A DNA stretch of 64,000 nucleotides from Octopus sinensis. Lineage: Eukaryota. Shown piece by piece: positions 49,761 to 62,010 of this stretch. The position numbers and the translations under genes are program-made. Position 1 is the stretch's first letter. Every line of letters starts with the position of its first letter. Below the pieces are notes generated by a model. The model searched no databases, was not told the origin of the DNA, and saw only the letters and a list, made by a program, of their open reading frames with translations. The DNA is taken from the NCBI RefSeq assembly GCF_006345805.1, contig NC_043006.1, positions 38,502,001 to 38,566,000 on the forward strand, in the 5' to 3' direction.

Positions 49761-51845
49761 TGGAAGGGCTGTGGGGGTAGTGTCCTCAAGTACCTCCCCC
49801 ATAGGGGCCTATCAGAAGCAATTTTCATTACACTCTCCTGCTAGATTCCCAAGTGAGACTATCTGAGACTATGAACATTATCTAACCATCTCATCCTAAG
49901 TCTCCTGTAATTTGGCCCAACTTAAAGAATCTGTCATGCTCAGTTTTTAATAATTAGCTTTATCAAGCTAATGAGCAAGTAGAATTGTTAGTATGATGGG
50001 CATTGACCTCTAAACACAGGGGTCAATGTAATCAACTTACCCTCCCCCATCTCCAAAATGGCTGGCCTTGTGCCAGAATTTGATAACAATAATTAACTTT
50101 GTGAAGGTGGCGAGCTGGTAGAATTGTAAGCCCACCAGACAAAATGTTTTGTGGCATTTCATCCATCTTTACATTCTAAGTTCAAATTCTGCTGAGGTAG
50201 ACTTTGCCAATCATCTTTTCGGGTAGGGGAGGGGTGTCAATGAAATAAGTACCAGTTGAACTCTGGGATTGATGTAATCGACTTAACCCCTTCCCCCCAA
50301 AATTGTTGGCCTAGGGGCAATATTTGAAATCTATAATTAGATTTGTCAATTAACCATCTTAAGATGCTTTAAAAAAATTGTTATTAATTAGGCGCAGGAG
50401 TGGGTGTGTGGTAAGAAGCTTGCTTCCCAACCACATGGTTCCAAGTTCAGTCCCACTGCGTGGCACCTTGGTCAAGTAACTTCTACTATAGCCCCGGGCT
50501 TACTAAAACCTTGTGAGTAGATTTTGCAGACAGAAATTGAAAGAAGCCTGTCATGTGTGTGTATTTACATACACACATACATATATATATGTTTATATTT
50601 GTGTGTCTGTGTTCTATGTTTGGTCCCCTCCACCACCATCATTTGACAACTGATGTTGGTGTGTTTATATCTCCATAACTTAGCAGTTTGACAAAAGTAA
50701 CCAATAGAATAAGTACTAGGCTTACAAAGAATAAGTCCTGGAGTTGATTCATTCAACTAAAGGCATTGCTCAGCATGGCCACATTCAAATGACTGAATCA
50801 AGTAAAAAGAGTTTATTTTACTTAAATATTTAGATACAGTACAACACAGACTATCAAAATTAAAATAACTTTTTCTCATAAAATGATGAGTTCATTATCA
50901 CTGTGAGTAATTGCACTATACTAATTAGAATACTTTTCTCTAATCAGTTTATTAATGCAGACAGTAATTGTATTATGCTACATAAAATTAATTAAATCTA
51001 AATAACTCAACAGAGTACAAAATTCTCTCCTATTCATATACAGTTTGTATCTTAAGTGATTAAACAAACAGGTAATTAACTTTTAATTATCAGTGCTCTT
51101 GTCTTTAAACTGATAACACTGTATATACATACATAACACACAAAGACATACACCAATAACAATTAGGGTACTTGACTTTGTGACTAAATGCCTAAGTGAC
51201 AATCTGGATAAGCTTGGATTTTCAGGATATGAAATCAGTCAACTGACTCAGATTTTACAAATACAATCTGTAAGTGGAACAATATAGATATGCAAGGCTT
51301 TTCTCAAGTTTAAAATGTGACACTGTTTTTGTTATCTACATTCTGACAAAGGAGCTTTGTATCTTTGCTGGAACCAGCTTCTTCCTCAGAAGAATTTAAA
51401 TGATTAAAAACAGAAGAGAATATATTCATATGTACACACACACAACACACATATATATATGTATATATAGGTGCAGGAGTGGCTGTGTGGTAAGTAGCTT
51501 GCTTCCCAACCACATGGTTTCGGGTTCAGTCTCACTGCATGGCACCTTGGGCAAGTGTCTTCTACTACAACCTTGAACTGACCAAAGCCTTCTGACTGGA
51601 TTTGGTAGATGGAAACTGAAAGAAGCCTGTCGTATGTATATATGTATGTATGTATATGTGTGTGTGTACGTTTGTGTGTCTGTTCACGTCCCTGTAACTT
51701 AGCTGTTCAACAAAAGAGAATGATAGAATAAGTACTAGGCTTACAAATAATAAGTCCTGGGGTTGATTTGTTCAACTAAATGCAATGCTCCAGTATGGCT
51801 GCAGTCAAATGACTGAAACAAGTAAAATATATATATATATATATT

Positions 51846-52070
51846 GGAGGCGCAATGGCCCAGTGGTTAGGGCAGCGGACTTGCGGTCAGAGGATCGCGG
51901 TTTCGATTCCCAGACCGGGCGTTGTGTGTGTTTATTGAGCGAAAAACACCTAAAAGCTCCACGAGGCTCCGGCAGGGGATGGTGGTGATCCCTGCTGTAC
52001 TCTTTCACCACTCTAAAGGCGGTGCTCCAGCATGGCCGCAGTCGAATGACTGAAACAAGTACAAAAAAAA
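51846..52070 (+). mobile_element. Young (CpG-rich) tRNA-headed SINE fused to the 3' tail of the dominant SINE
   Basis: A box TGGCCCAGTGG and B box GGTTTCGATTCC; head shared with 62632-62790 and 49377. It switches at about 52013 to AAAGGCGGTGCTCCAGCATGGCCGCAGTCGAATGACTGAAAC plus an A-tail. Confidence 0.75.
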
Positions 52071-52789
52071 AAAAATATATATATATATATATATGTATTG
52101 AACTGTGGCCATGCTGGAGCACTGCCCTTAGTTGAACAAATCGACCACTGGACTTATTCTTTGTAAGCCTAATATATATATGTGTGTGCATGTGTGTGCG
52201 TGTGTGTATATATATGTGTGTGCGTATGCATACATATATCTATTCTGTAAAGTGTTTGGCATTAGGAAGAACATCCAACCACAGAAACTGTGCCAGAGCA
52301 GATGGTAGAGCATAGCACAGTCCTTTGGCTCACCACTTCCTGTCAAAACCATCTAACCCTTACCAGCATGGAAAACAGATACATGATGATAATGATGATA
52401 AGAAGGTGTATGAATAAATGAAAAAAGAATAAGCTGTGTAAGATAAAAATAGTTGATTAACAGGCTGATACCGATGCACATTTCTCAGAATTCCACATTC
52501 GCAGGTAGCCAAGTAGCACAATCCATCAAGGATACAATTCCGAGTGAGACTAACCTTAAAGAAAATCTAACAAAGAAACTTTACTTTCATAGGAATTCCA
52601 GCCATCCTCAAGCTGTAATTATGAATCTAGTTACAGATACCAACTGAAGAATCTTCAATGCACCGTGAAGAGAAATATCTTCAGCAAAGCTGAACTTCAT
52701 TGTAGGAAGGTATTGGTAAAGAGTGGGATAAGTGAGAAGTTAGTGTAGATAGAGAATCCTCCATTCCATATCATTCCTTAATCTTATGA

Positions 52790-53220
52790 GAGTTAAGTGG
52801 ATTTCTGGTGTGACTATGGTCTTTTGAGGGGAAAAATATCTGTCAAAGTAATGCTCAAAATTTTCTCTGAGAACCAGAAAATAGTGAATAGAAGTGGTTA
52901 TTTGTTCTGTGAAATTCAATGAGAAGAAGAAGGGGAAGAAGAATTAGAAGAACTTGGCAAGTTGCTAAATGCAAAATCATGCAATATCTCGGTTGCTGCT
53001 GATAATACTGAAGGTTCATGGGAGAATTTAAATGAACTGATCTATAATACATCAATGGAAATGCTACAGAATGTTTGAAAATGAAAACACCAAGATTAGA
53101 TCAGATAGGAAGACTTTGAAATACAACAAATTCTTGAGGATATACACAGATCTCATAAACATTCTATGAATACCAGCAATTCTGTTAAGTTGACAAAAGA
53201 AAAAAAAGAGGAAAATGAAC
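52790..53220 (+). pseudogene. Decayed RTE-clade LINE, EN-RT linker region
   Basis: Translates GSWENLNELIYNTSMEMLQ...KHQD*...EIQQILEDIHRSHK, resembling the RTE W..F...VY......G...RKHQDWFDEN..EIQ.LL motif. Confidence 0.5.
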
Positions 53221-53472
53221 AAGAAAATTTACTTTCAGTTGGAGCTTATAATGAAAAAAAAAAATATTTATAACAGAATAATGAAAGTAAATTAATTAAA
53301 TCTTATGATGTAGAAATCCATTTTATTGTTTCATTGACATATTGAAGAAACCTTAAGAGAGACTTTATATTTAATGATCGGTTGTAGTAAGGGAGAGAAA
53401 TAATGCAAAAATAATGGTACAGACAGGTGTTTATGAATATTCTCATTGAATATGTGCCTATACATACATATG

Positions 53473-53508
<36 letters not shown>

Positions 53509-53731
53509 TACATATACATATATATATGCATATATACACACACGTACACATATATATCTACATATATATATATGCATATATACACACATGTACTGAAAGA
53601 CAGAGGTAGGAACTGCATGCAAGTATGTGTGTGTACGTACATGCATGGACACAAATAGAAATACAAATATTTCTCTCATTCTCTTTTCTCTCTCTTGCTT
53701 TTTCTCTCTCTTGCTTTTTCTCTCTCCACAC

Positions 53732-53799
<68 letters not shown>

Positions 53800-55340
53800 C
53801 TATGTAGTGAAGGAAGGAATCTCTTGATACTTATTCAACCATGCTGCAGCCGAATATCTTCTTCAAACATCAACCAACAATCTTAAGAATTAATGATTAT
53901 TCTGAATAAATCCGTTCTGAATATAACATGTCAAAAAAGAAGACAAATTTATTGAGTGAATAATGAAACTGACATGGAGAAAAAATATTCCAGGTTCTTC
54001 TGGAAGCACAAACTCTGCCTCAAACACTTTATATGAATATATATATATATACACAAATATATACTTAATTGGGGATGGAGCCACTTAGTCTTTTTTCTTT
54101 TTGTTTCTCTGTCTTGCAAATTATTTAGCAACCTCGTTAGAATCCGGTAGCAAGAAAAGAAAAACATTGAGTTCATTCTATAAAGTGGTTGCTATTAGAA
54201 AGAGCATCCAGCCATAGAAACTGTGCCAAAGCTGACACTGAAGTTCAAGACAAGCCCGCCGCTTGCTAGATCCTGTCAAATTCTTTAATCCATGCAAGTT
54301 TGGAATATGGGCAGTAAATAAAGATGATGATGATTGTCATCATAATGAAAGCCATCAATCAAAGAAATTCCAAGGGACACAAAAGGACAATGGCTATCCT
54401 GCATCCTTTTTGATATGGTGGCATGATAAAATAACTCAAAGAAAGTTTTGCAACTTATAAAAAAAATACCTGGTATTCAACCCTTTCATTACTGTATTTC
54501 TTTTGAGATGCTCTATGTTTCTTTCAATTACTTTAAATATAACAAAGAATTTAGTAAAATAACTTGGTTATCATTCAGCTAGTGTTAGGAACATAAATTG
54601 TGACTAAGGTTTGGTGGAAGATTTTAATTGAAAACATATGAAAACAAGACATTTGTACTCAGAGCCAGAGCCGGTTTCAGTCTGGTGTGTAATGAAAGGG
54701 TTAAAACTGATGTACTTTAATGATGGAAAAACTGATGTAATCAAATATGAGATCTGTAAAGTGGGACCTGAATATAAAAGTGATATACATTGGATCTTCC
54801 AAGAATAAGTACCTGAATAGATGTCTTCTTCCATCTGTTTTATTTTGCTTTGAGTCATTGATGGGTTCAGTCAATCAAATTCACCCTAGTATTTATATGT
54901 TTTTAAAGTTTGGTATTTATTTTATTGATATCTTTTGCCAAACTGCTAAGTTATTGGGGATGTAAACAAACTAGCATCAGTTGTTATGCAGGAGTGGTGA
55001 CCGGGCCACACACACACATGCATACACATGCGTGTGTGTATGTGTGTGCCTGTGTGTGCATGCATGTGTGTTCATCTGTCTGGATATGTGCATGTATATG
55101 GGTGCATGTGTCTGTATGTGTGTGTGTTTGTCTGTCTGGGTGTATGTGTGTGTGCATGTGCCTTTGTGTGTGATTGTGTGTGTGTGCCTGTGTATGTTTC
55201 TTTGTTCATCTGTCTGGATACGTGTAAGTATGTGTGTGTCTGTGTGTCTGTGCACGTGTGTGTGCATATGTGTTTGACTGTCTGGGTGTATGTTTGGCCA
55301 CCACTCCTGCATGACAACTGATGCTTGTTCATAGGTTAAA

Positions 55341-55560
55341 CAGAACAATGAAGTGTACTACACAGTTTGTAACAAATGTACCAGGCCTTACATTGGTAGC
55401 ACCGTTCAAGAACTGCTCATCTGTATTAAAGAGCAAACTTGTACAAAAGCCTTTTCCATTAAAAAAATATCTAGAGAGATAGCATAACAAGGATATCATG
55501 GTTACTATCTGGAATGCAATTAGGAGATGAAACAAGTTCTTGTGAAGAGTTAAGAATAGC
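55341..55560 (+). pseudogene. Penelope-like GIY-YIG endonuclease relic
   Basis: Translates QNNEVYYTVCNKCTRPYIGSTVQELLICIKEQ, i.e. the VY.I.C..C...YIG.T...L..RIKEH motif; stop codons follow. Confidence 0.6.
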
Positions 55561-55631
55561 AAAGCTATTGAGGAATGGTGATCACTGATGCTGCTGAAGA
55601 CAATGACTTCAAAGAAGATAGAGGTGATGTA

Positions 55632-55712
<81 letters not shown>

Positions 55713-55724
55713 GTATGTATGTAG

Positions 55725-55759
<35 letters not shown>

Positions 55760-57488
55760 CTATGTTCTCAATGTAGGAGGAGATATGGTCAAAGATTTGC
55801 AGGCAGTTTGAGGAGATTGGAATGTAATAGAGGGAGCAGATGTATTTGAGAAAATGTGGGAGGAAGAATTTTTGGCAGAATAAATGGAAGTCATTATTGC
55901 TGAAATCCAAGTGAATGAGAGAGAGAGAAAGAGAGAAGGAGAATGAAATCTATGTGTATGAAGATACCAACATCAGACTGCAGAAAGAAATATTAGAAAT
56001 TTAAGGATTTGACAAACTATCCTGTATAAATTTATTGCTTAACAAAAGACAACATCTGAGATACATTAATTAGTTGATTTAATAGAACCAGTCTGCATGT
56101 GTTGTTGTGCTGCCTCTTCCTCCTCCTCCTCGGCATTTGCTTGAAAAATAATTAATTAGTTAGCTAAATTAGTATATAAGGAGCTAGCTGATCCTATATC
56201 TATTTTTTTGATGAGGGATTTCTAAATCTGAAACTGTGTATATATACATATATATATATATATATGCGTATGTATACACACACACACACACAAACACACA
56301 CAGATATCAGTTATGTGAAAACTCTGGGTAACAGTTTGTGAAAGAAGCCTTTTCAGCTTTAACATAATACTACCTCTCCCCCACACACATACCCACACAC
56401 CCATACACACACACCCTCACACAAACCACTCACATCCATACCCTCCCCCGTCCACAGATACCCCCACCTACACCCCCCCCCCACAGAATTTATTCTATTT
56501 TAGCTTTCTGAACCATCATCATCATCATCGTCGTCATCGTCGTGGTCATCATAATTATCACCACGACCACCATTATTTTCACTATCATTGTCATCATCAC
56601 CACCATCATCATCATCACTGTCATTATCATTATCATCATCACCACCACCATTATCTTCACGATCATCATCATCATCATCATCAACATCACCATCATCTCT
56701 GTTATTATCATCGTTATCATCATCATCATCACTGTCGTTATCATAATGATTGCTATTTTCATAAGCTAAAAATTCAATGTGCCCAAAAGGCGCAGGCATG
56801 GCTGTGTGGTAAGAAGCTTGTTTCCCAACCACATAGTTACGGGTTCAGTTCCACTGTGTGGCACCTTGGGCAAGTGTCTTCTACTATAGCCTCGAGCCAA
56901 CCAAAGCCTTGTGAGTGGATTTGGTTGATGGAAACTGAAAGAAGCCCATCGTGTATATATGTGTGTGTGTCTGTGTTCGTCCTGCACCATTGCTTGACAA
57001 CTGATGTCGATGTGTTTATGTCACCATAACCTACCAGTTCAGCAAAAGAGACCAAAAGAATTAGTACTACCAGGCTTACAAAGAATAAATTTTATGGTTG
57101 TTTTCTTGACTAAAAGCAGTGCTCCAGCATGGCCGTGGTCAAATGACTGAACCAAGCAAAAGAATATTAGAGAAGAATGAATATATTGAATTGCTTAAAA
57201 CATTTGAAATGAATCTTGAAGGCATCTCCCCAAGCTCGTGACAAAACTGCATCAGTTTATATATACACAACAGGCTTCTTTCAGTTTCTGCCTACCAAAT
57301 CCACTCGCAAGGCTGTGGTCAGCCTGAGGCTATAGTAGAAGACATTTGCCCAAAGTGTCATGCAGTGGGACTGAACCCAGAACCATGTGGTTGGGAAAAA
57401 AGCTTCTTACCACTCTGCCACAAGAAAGATGTTTTCAGAATATTGCATCAATGATAAAACTGAACCATTCATACCTATCAGAGCTGGA

Positions 57489-57864
57489 AGAACAATAAAA
57501 GTCCATAAAGATAACTTCCAAACCACCCCTAAAGTTAAATTAATATGCCCTGCTAAGTAGATTATGCAAAATAATTCTAGATAAATATATACCCATAATT
57601 AGAAAGAAAATATCTAACACCCAAGAAGCAATTAGCTGGCTCACTAAAATTCCAAACAAGGACAAACATAAATTCTTACAAATAGACATTGATAATTGCT
57701 ATGCCTCTATCAACCATATTGTACTAAACAGTGTTCTTTGTTTCGTGAAGAAATATGCTATTCTTAGCATGAATGAAATTAATGTCATCCTAACAGTCTG
57801 TAAATCCATAATCAATTTTGAGAATAAATTTTGGACTATGAAGGACACCCCCAATTAATTTGAT
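57489..57864 (+). pseudogene. Penelope-like element reverse transcriptase relic
   Basis: Translates RTIKVHKDNFQTTPKVKLICPAK*, then NTQEAISWLTKIPNKDKHKFLQIDIDNCYASINHIVLNSVLCFVKKY...KSIINFENKFWTMKD. This matches the PLE RT pattern T.K.HK.NF...P..RLINPAK / NT..VI.WF..I.NK....F..FD...FYPSI. Confidence 0.8.
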
Positions 57865-58324
57865 ACATACATGTCTAGCATTGTCATCATTTAACATCCA
57901 TTTTCCATGCTGGCATCAGTTGGACAGTTTAGCAGAGGCAAGCAACACTGGAAACCACAGCAAGTTTCATTGTCTGTTTTGGCTTTGGTTCTACAGCTGG
58001 TTGGCCTTCTTAATACCAGCAACTTTACAGAATTTATTGGGTGCTTTTTATGAAGCACCAACACTGACAGCATTACCAAATACTTTGCAAGCCCCCAAAA
58101 ATAACATGTTTGTATATATATATATATATATATGTATATATAGGGAGAATTCACAAAAAAAGACAAACAAAAGGCGAAGAATGGTGGTGTAGACAACAAA
58201 CAGATGTATTAGTATAATGCTCGGGAAGTGAAAAAGTCTTTAACGTTTCGAGCCTAAGCCTTTCCACAGAAAGAAACAAGGAGAGAAAATAAAGAATGTG
58301 TAGTGGCTAGCGGTCCATCATGGC

Positions 58325-58365
<41 letters not shown>

Positions 58366-58836
58366 TAGATAAACTTAGATATGTTTTGACCAAAGATTGA
58401 TCCAGGCTATGTCTAACTTAATAGCACCATATATATATATATATATATATCAGTGTGTATCTGTGTATTTTATGTCAAGTTATGATGGAAACACTTTAGC
58501 AATAAATAGGATAATTTTTTTGTAGGGCACATAAAAAAGTTTATCGTACTTTTATAACAGTGACTTTGAAGTTTCAGCCTGCTGGCCATTGCAAAACAGT
58601 CTGACAAGGACTAGCAAGGCTCACAAACTGAAACTTTGAAATCACTGTTAGCCCTGTTCTTGTAAAAATTTGATACTCATATACACACTGGTATATATAC
58701 ATATACACACACAGATTATATATATATATATATATATATATATCTATATATACCGGAGTGTAAACACATAAATGTGAAACAAAGTGGAAAGAGTACTCAA
58801 ATACAGTGGTAGAGTAATATGCTTTATTAAAGCAGC

Positions 58837-58884
58837 AAAATCTGTCCGATGAACGGCAACGGGAAACTTAGAGTAACAGGTTTT
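58837..58884 (+). ncRNA. Minimal type I hammerhead-like motif, second family
   Basis: AAAAUCUGU-CCGAUGA-ACG GCAA CGG-GAAA-CUU A GAG-UA-ACAGGUUUU: 9-bp stem I, GNRA-capped stem II, near-palindromic stem III, GUA cleavage triplet; U4 replaced by C. Confidence 0.6.
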
Positions 58885-59175
58885 GTTGAATTTTCTGCTG
58901 CTTTAAATAAAGTATATATATATATATATATATACATATATTTATATATATATATATATTATATGTACAGGTGCAGGAGTGGCTGTGTGGTAAATAGCTT
59001 GCTTACCAGCCACATGGTTCCAGGTTCACTGCCACTGCATGCACCTTGGGTAAGTGACTTCTACTATTGCTCCAGGATGCCCAAAGGCTTGTGAGTGGAT
59101 TTGGTAGATGAAAACTGAAAGAAGCCTCTCATGTGTCTATATATATGTGTGTGTGTGTATATGCGTATATATATG

Positions 59176-59218
<43 letters not shown>

Positions 59219-59371
59219 ATGTGTGTATGCAAGTGTATATATATATATCTATGTGTGTGTGCCTTTCGGTTTTTCTTCCACCTCTACCACCACCACAACC
59301 ACCACCATCACTTGGCAACCAGTGTATGTATGTATATACATACATATATTTCTGTATATGTATTATATATA

Positions 59372-59409
<38 letters not shown>

Positions 59410-59527
59410 TCATCATCATCATCATCGTTTAGCGTCCGTTTTCCATGCTAGCATGGGTTGGACGGTTCTACTGGGGTCTGTGAAGCCAGAAGGCTTCATC
59501 AGGCCCAGTCAAATCTGGCAGTGTTTC

Positions 59528-59558
<31 letters not shown>

Positions 59559-59959
59559 ATATATGTATATTCATTAAGATAGATAGATTGATATACACTT
59601 ATACATACACATACATACATATCACACATTTATACACATGCAAATAGTACCTCTTATCTATATACAACACTGTGAAGATAAATAGTATATTTCCATGATA
59701 TATATGCACAAACTTAACACAGACATGCACACATATTCTACACATATGTGTATATATTTATATGCATATGTTTATGCCTATCTGTCTGTCTGCCAATTTA
59801 TGTATCTATATATTTAGATAGATAGACAGACATACTGACAGATGGATGAACAGACAGACAGACAGGTAGACAGAGATACATAGATTGAGAGAGACACAGA
59901 TAGAGTGAGAGAGAGATAGATAGATAAATAGATAGGTAGGTAGGTAGATAGAAGGACAG

Positions 59960-59981
59960 ACTGATAGAGAAATAGATAGGC

Positions 59982-60023
<42 letters not shown>

Positions 60024-60197
60024 GTAGGTAGATAGATAGATAGATAGGTAGATAGATAGATAAGTAGATAGATAGGTAGATAGATAGATAGGTAGATAGA
60101 TAGATCGATAGATAGATAGATAGATAGATAGATAGGTAGATAGATAGGTAGATAGGTAGATAGATAGATAGGTAGATAGATAAGTAGGTAGATAGAT
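59960..60197. repeat. (GATA)n microsatellite with GGTA/AGTA/GATC variants, left flank of the Tx1 element
   Basis: Direct reading of the repeat. Confidence 0.95.
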
Positions 60198-61644
60198 ATG
60201 TTTCTTTATTAGCCACACAGGGCTGCACACAGATAGAACAAATTACAAGGTAGAGCTTTTTTTGAAGGTTTAAAAAAAAAAAAAAAAAGGAAGGGGGAGT
60301 TTCGATCAAAAAGGATCGTAAAAGGAGAGAAAGAGGACAAAAAAAGGGGGGGTTAAAAAAAAAAAAAAAAAGGGGGAGAGGAAAAAAAATGTATCAATAG
60401 GGATCGTTATCACAGAAATGTCAATATGAAGTGTAAAGGGGAGGACAGGTGAGGTTTACCCGTGGAAAGAAAAGCCACAAATAAGAAAGACCACGGTAAC
60501 CTCGGTCAATGAAGTCACATTTTATATTTCTTTTTTGCAAATAAGCAACTCTCTGTTTTCGATTTCTGGGTCATAGGACTATGCTCAAAGTGGCTTCGTC
60601 ATTCATACGTGCCATTCTTGCTACATTCACCATCTTTTTTTAAAACATTCGCTAGACAAAACTTGCCTCTCTACTCTCACTTTCCTTTTCAAGTGGTACT
60701 TGAAGAAGTTGATGAGAGATGACCAGAGAGGAAAGTGTTTGTCTCCAATCCTTTCAGACGCATCCACCAGATACATTCTTTCGCCATAGCCACAAGGATG
60801 ATGAAATAGCTCTTCCTTCCCGTTTGAAGGAAGGGGCGTGACAATATTGACGATAGACTCAGCTGATAAACCGACTCGTCCCACACGTGACAGCAGTGTT
60901 CGACATAAGCCCACAGGTCGGAAATTGTTGGACACTGAACGAGTGCGTGCAGAACGGTTTCGTCGCTCTGACCGCATCTCGGGCAGGTCGGCCCCGTGTT
61001 TCTCGAGCCGTGTCTGTAGAGCTTATCCCGAACGGGTAGCGCTTCTCGGTAGCACTGCCAGGCCAGGGATCTCTGGAAGTTGTCCATGGCCCTGGCCCGA
61101 AAGTCGTCCCGAACAGGCGGGTCAGGTACTCCTTGTCGACGTCCAGGTTCGCCCCGAGCTCGTCGTCGTACCTCCCCTCCACTAAACCCCTATAGAATGC
61201 TTTGGTTGTGTTGAAGTCACTTAAGGTCGACCCAGGACGGCAGAGTTGCTTGAGAGCAACGCGACACTCGCGGTGCCATTCGCCCTTCCTCGGCCTCTTT
61301 TTGATCCACGACTGCAGTTCGGTCATGGAGACGAGCTGCGGGAAAGCGTGCCTCACAAACGGCGACCACACCTGTTCACCGTCGTCTACATAGAGCCAGA
61401 GATGTCGCAGTCTCAGCGCGTGTCTGCGCATCATCAACCACGGCATGCCCAGCCCTCCTTTTAACGGGTGTTGACAGCAAATGGATCGCCTGACCATCGG
61501 GACGCATCCTTTCCACAAGAAGCGAAAGAGGATGCGTTGTAGTTTGGTGATGGTAGGGTCGGGACAAGGTACGACGGTCAGGCGGTAGTAGATGACGGAT
61601 GCGATGTACGTGTTCGCCACCTCCGCTCGACCTTTTAGGGACAA
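60198..61644 (-). mobile_element. 5'-truncated, frameshifted Tx1/L1-clade non-LTR retrotransposon (ORF2 C-terminus with zinc finger, plus 3' UTR) inside a (GATA)n array
   Basis: Minus-strand frames give [27 protein letters not shown]...FLWKG...KGGLGMP, then RSLAWQCYREALPVRDKL...CPRCGQSDETVLHALVQCP (CCHC zf-RVT-like). At least three frameshifts. AATAAA lies 7 nt from the 3' end (60205-60210). Confidence 0.88.
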
Positions 61645-61716
61645 GATAGATAGGTAGATAGATAGATAAGTAGATAGATAGGTAGATAGATAGATAGATA
61701 GGTAGATAGATAGATC

Positions 61717-61770
<54 letters not shown>

Positions 61771-61891
61771 GATAGATAGATAGGTAGATAGATAGGTAGA
61801 TAGGTAGATAGATAGATAGGTAGATAGATAGATAGGTAGATAGATAGGTAGATAGATCGATAGATAGATAGATAGATAAATTAGATAGATC

Positions 61892-61969
<78 letters not shown>

Positions 61970-62010
61970 GAGAGAGATAGATAGATAGATAGGTAGGTAG
62001 GTATGTAGAT
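61645..62010. repeat. (GATA)n microsatellite, right flank of the Tx1 element
   Basis: Direct reading of the repeat. Confidence 0.95.

Noticed and set aside
51846-51925. Genuine tRNA genes at the tRNA-like heads (also 6195, 14601, 35250, 49377, 62632)
   Set aside because: They have A/B boxes but run into SINE bodies, lack proper acceptor stems and T-run terminators, and some have TSDs.
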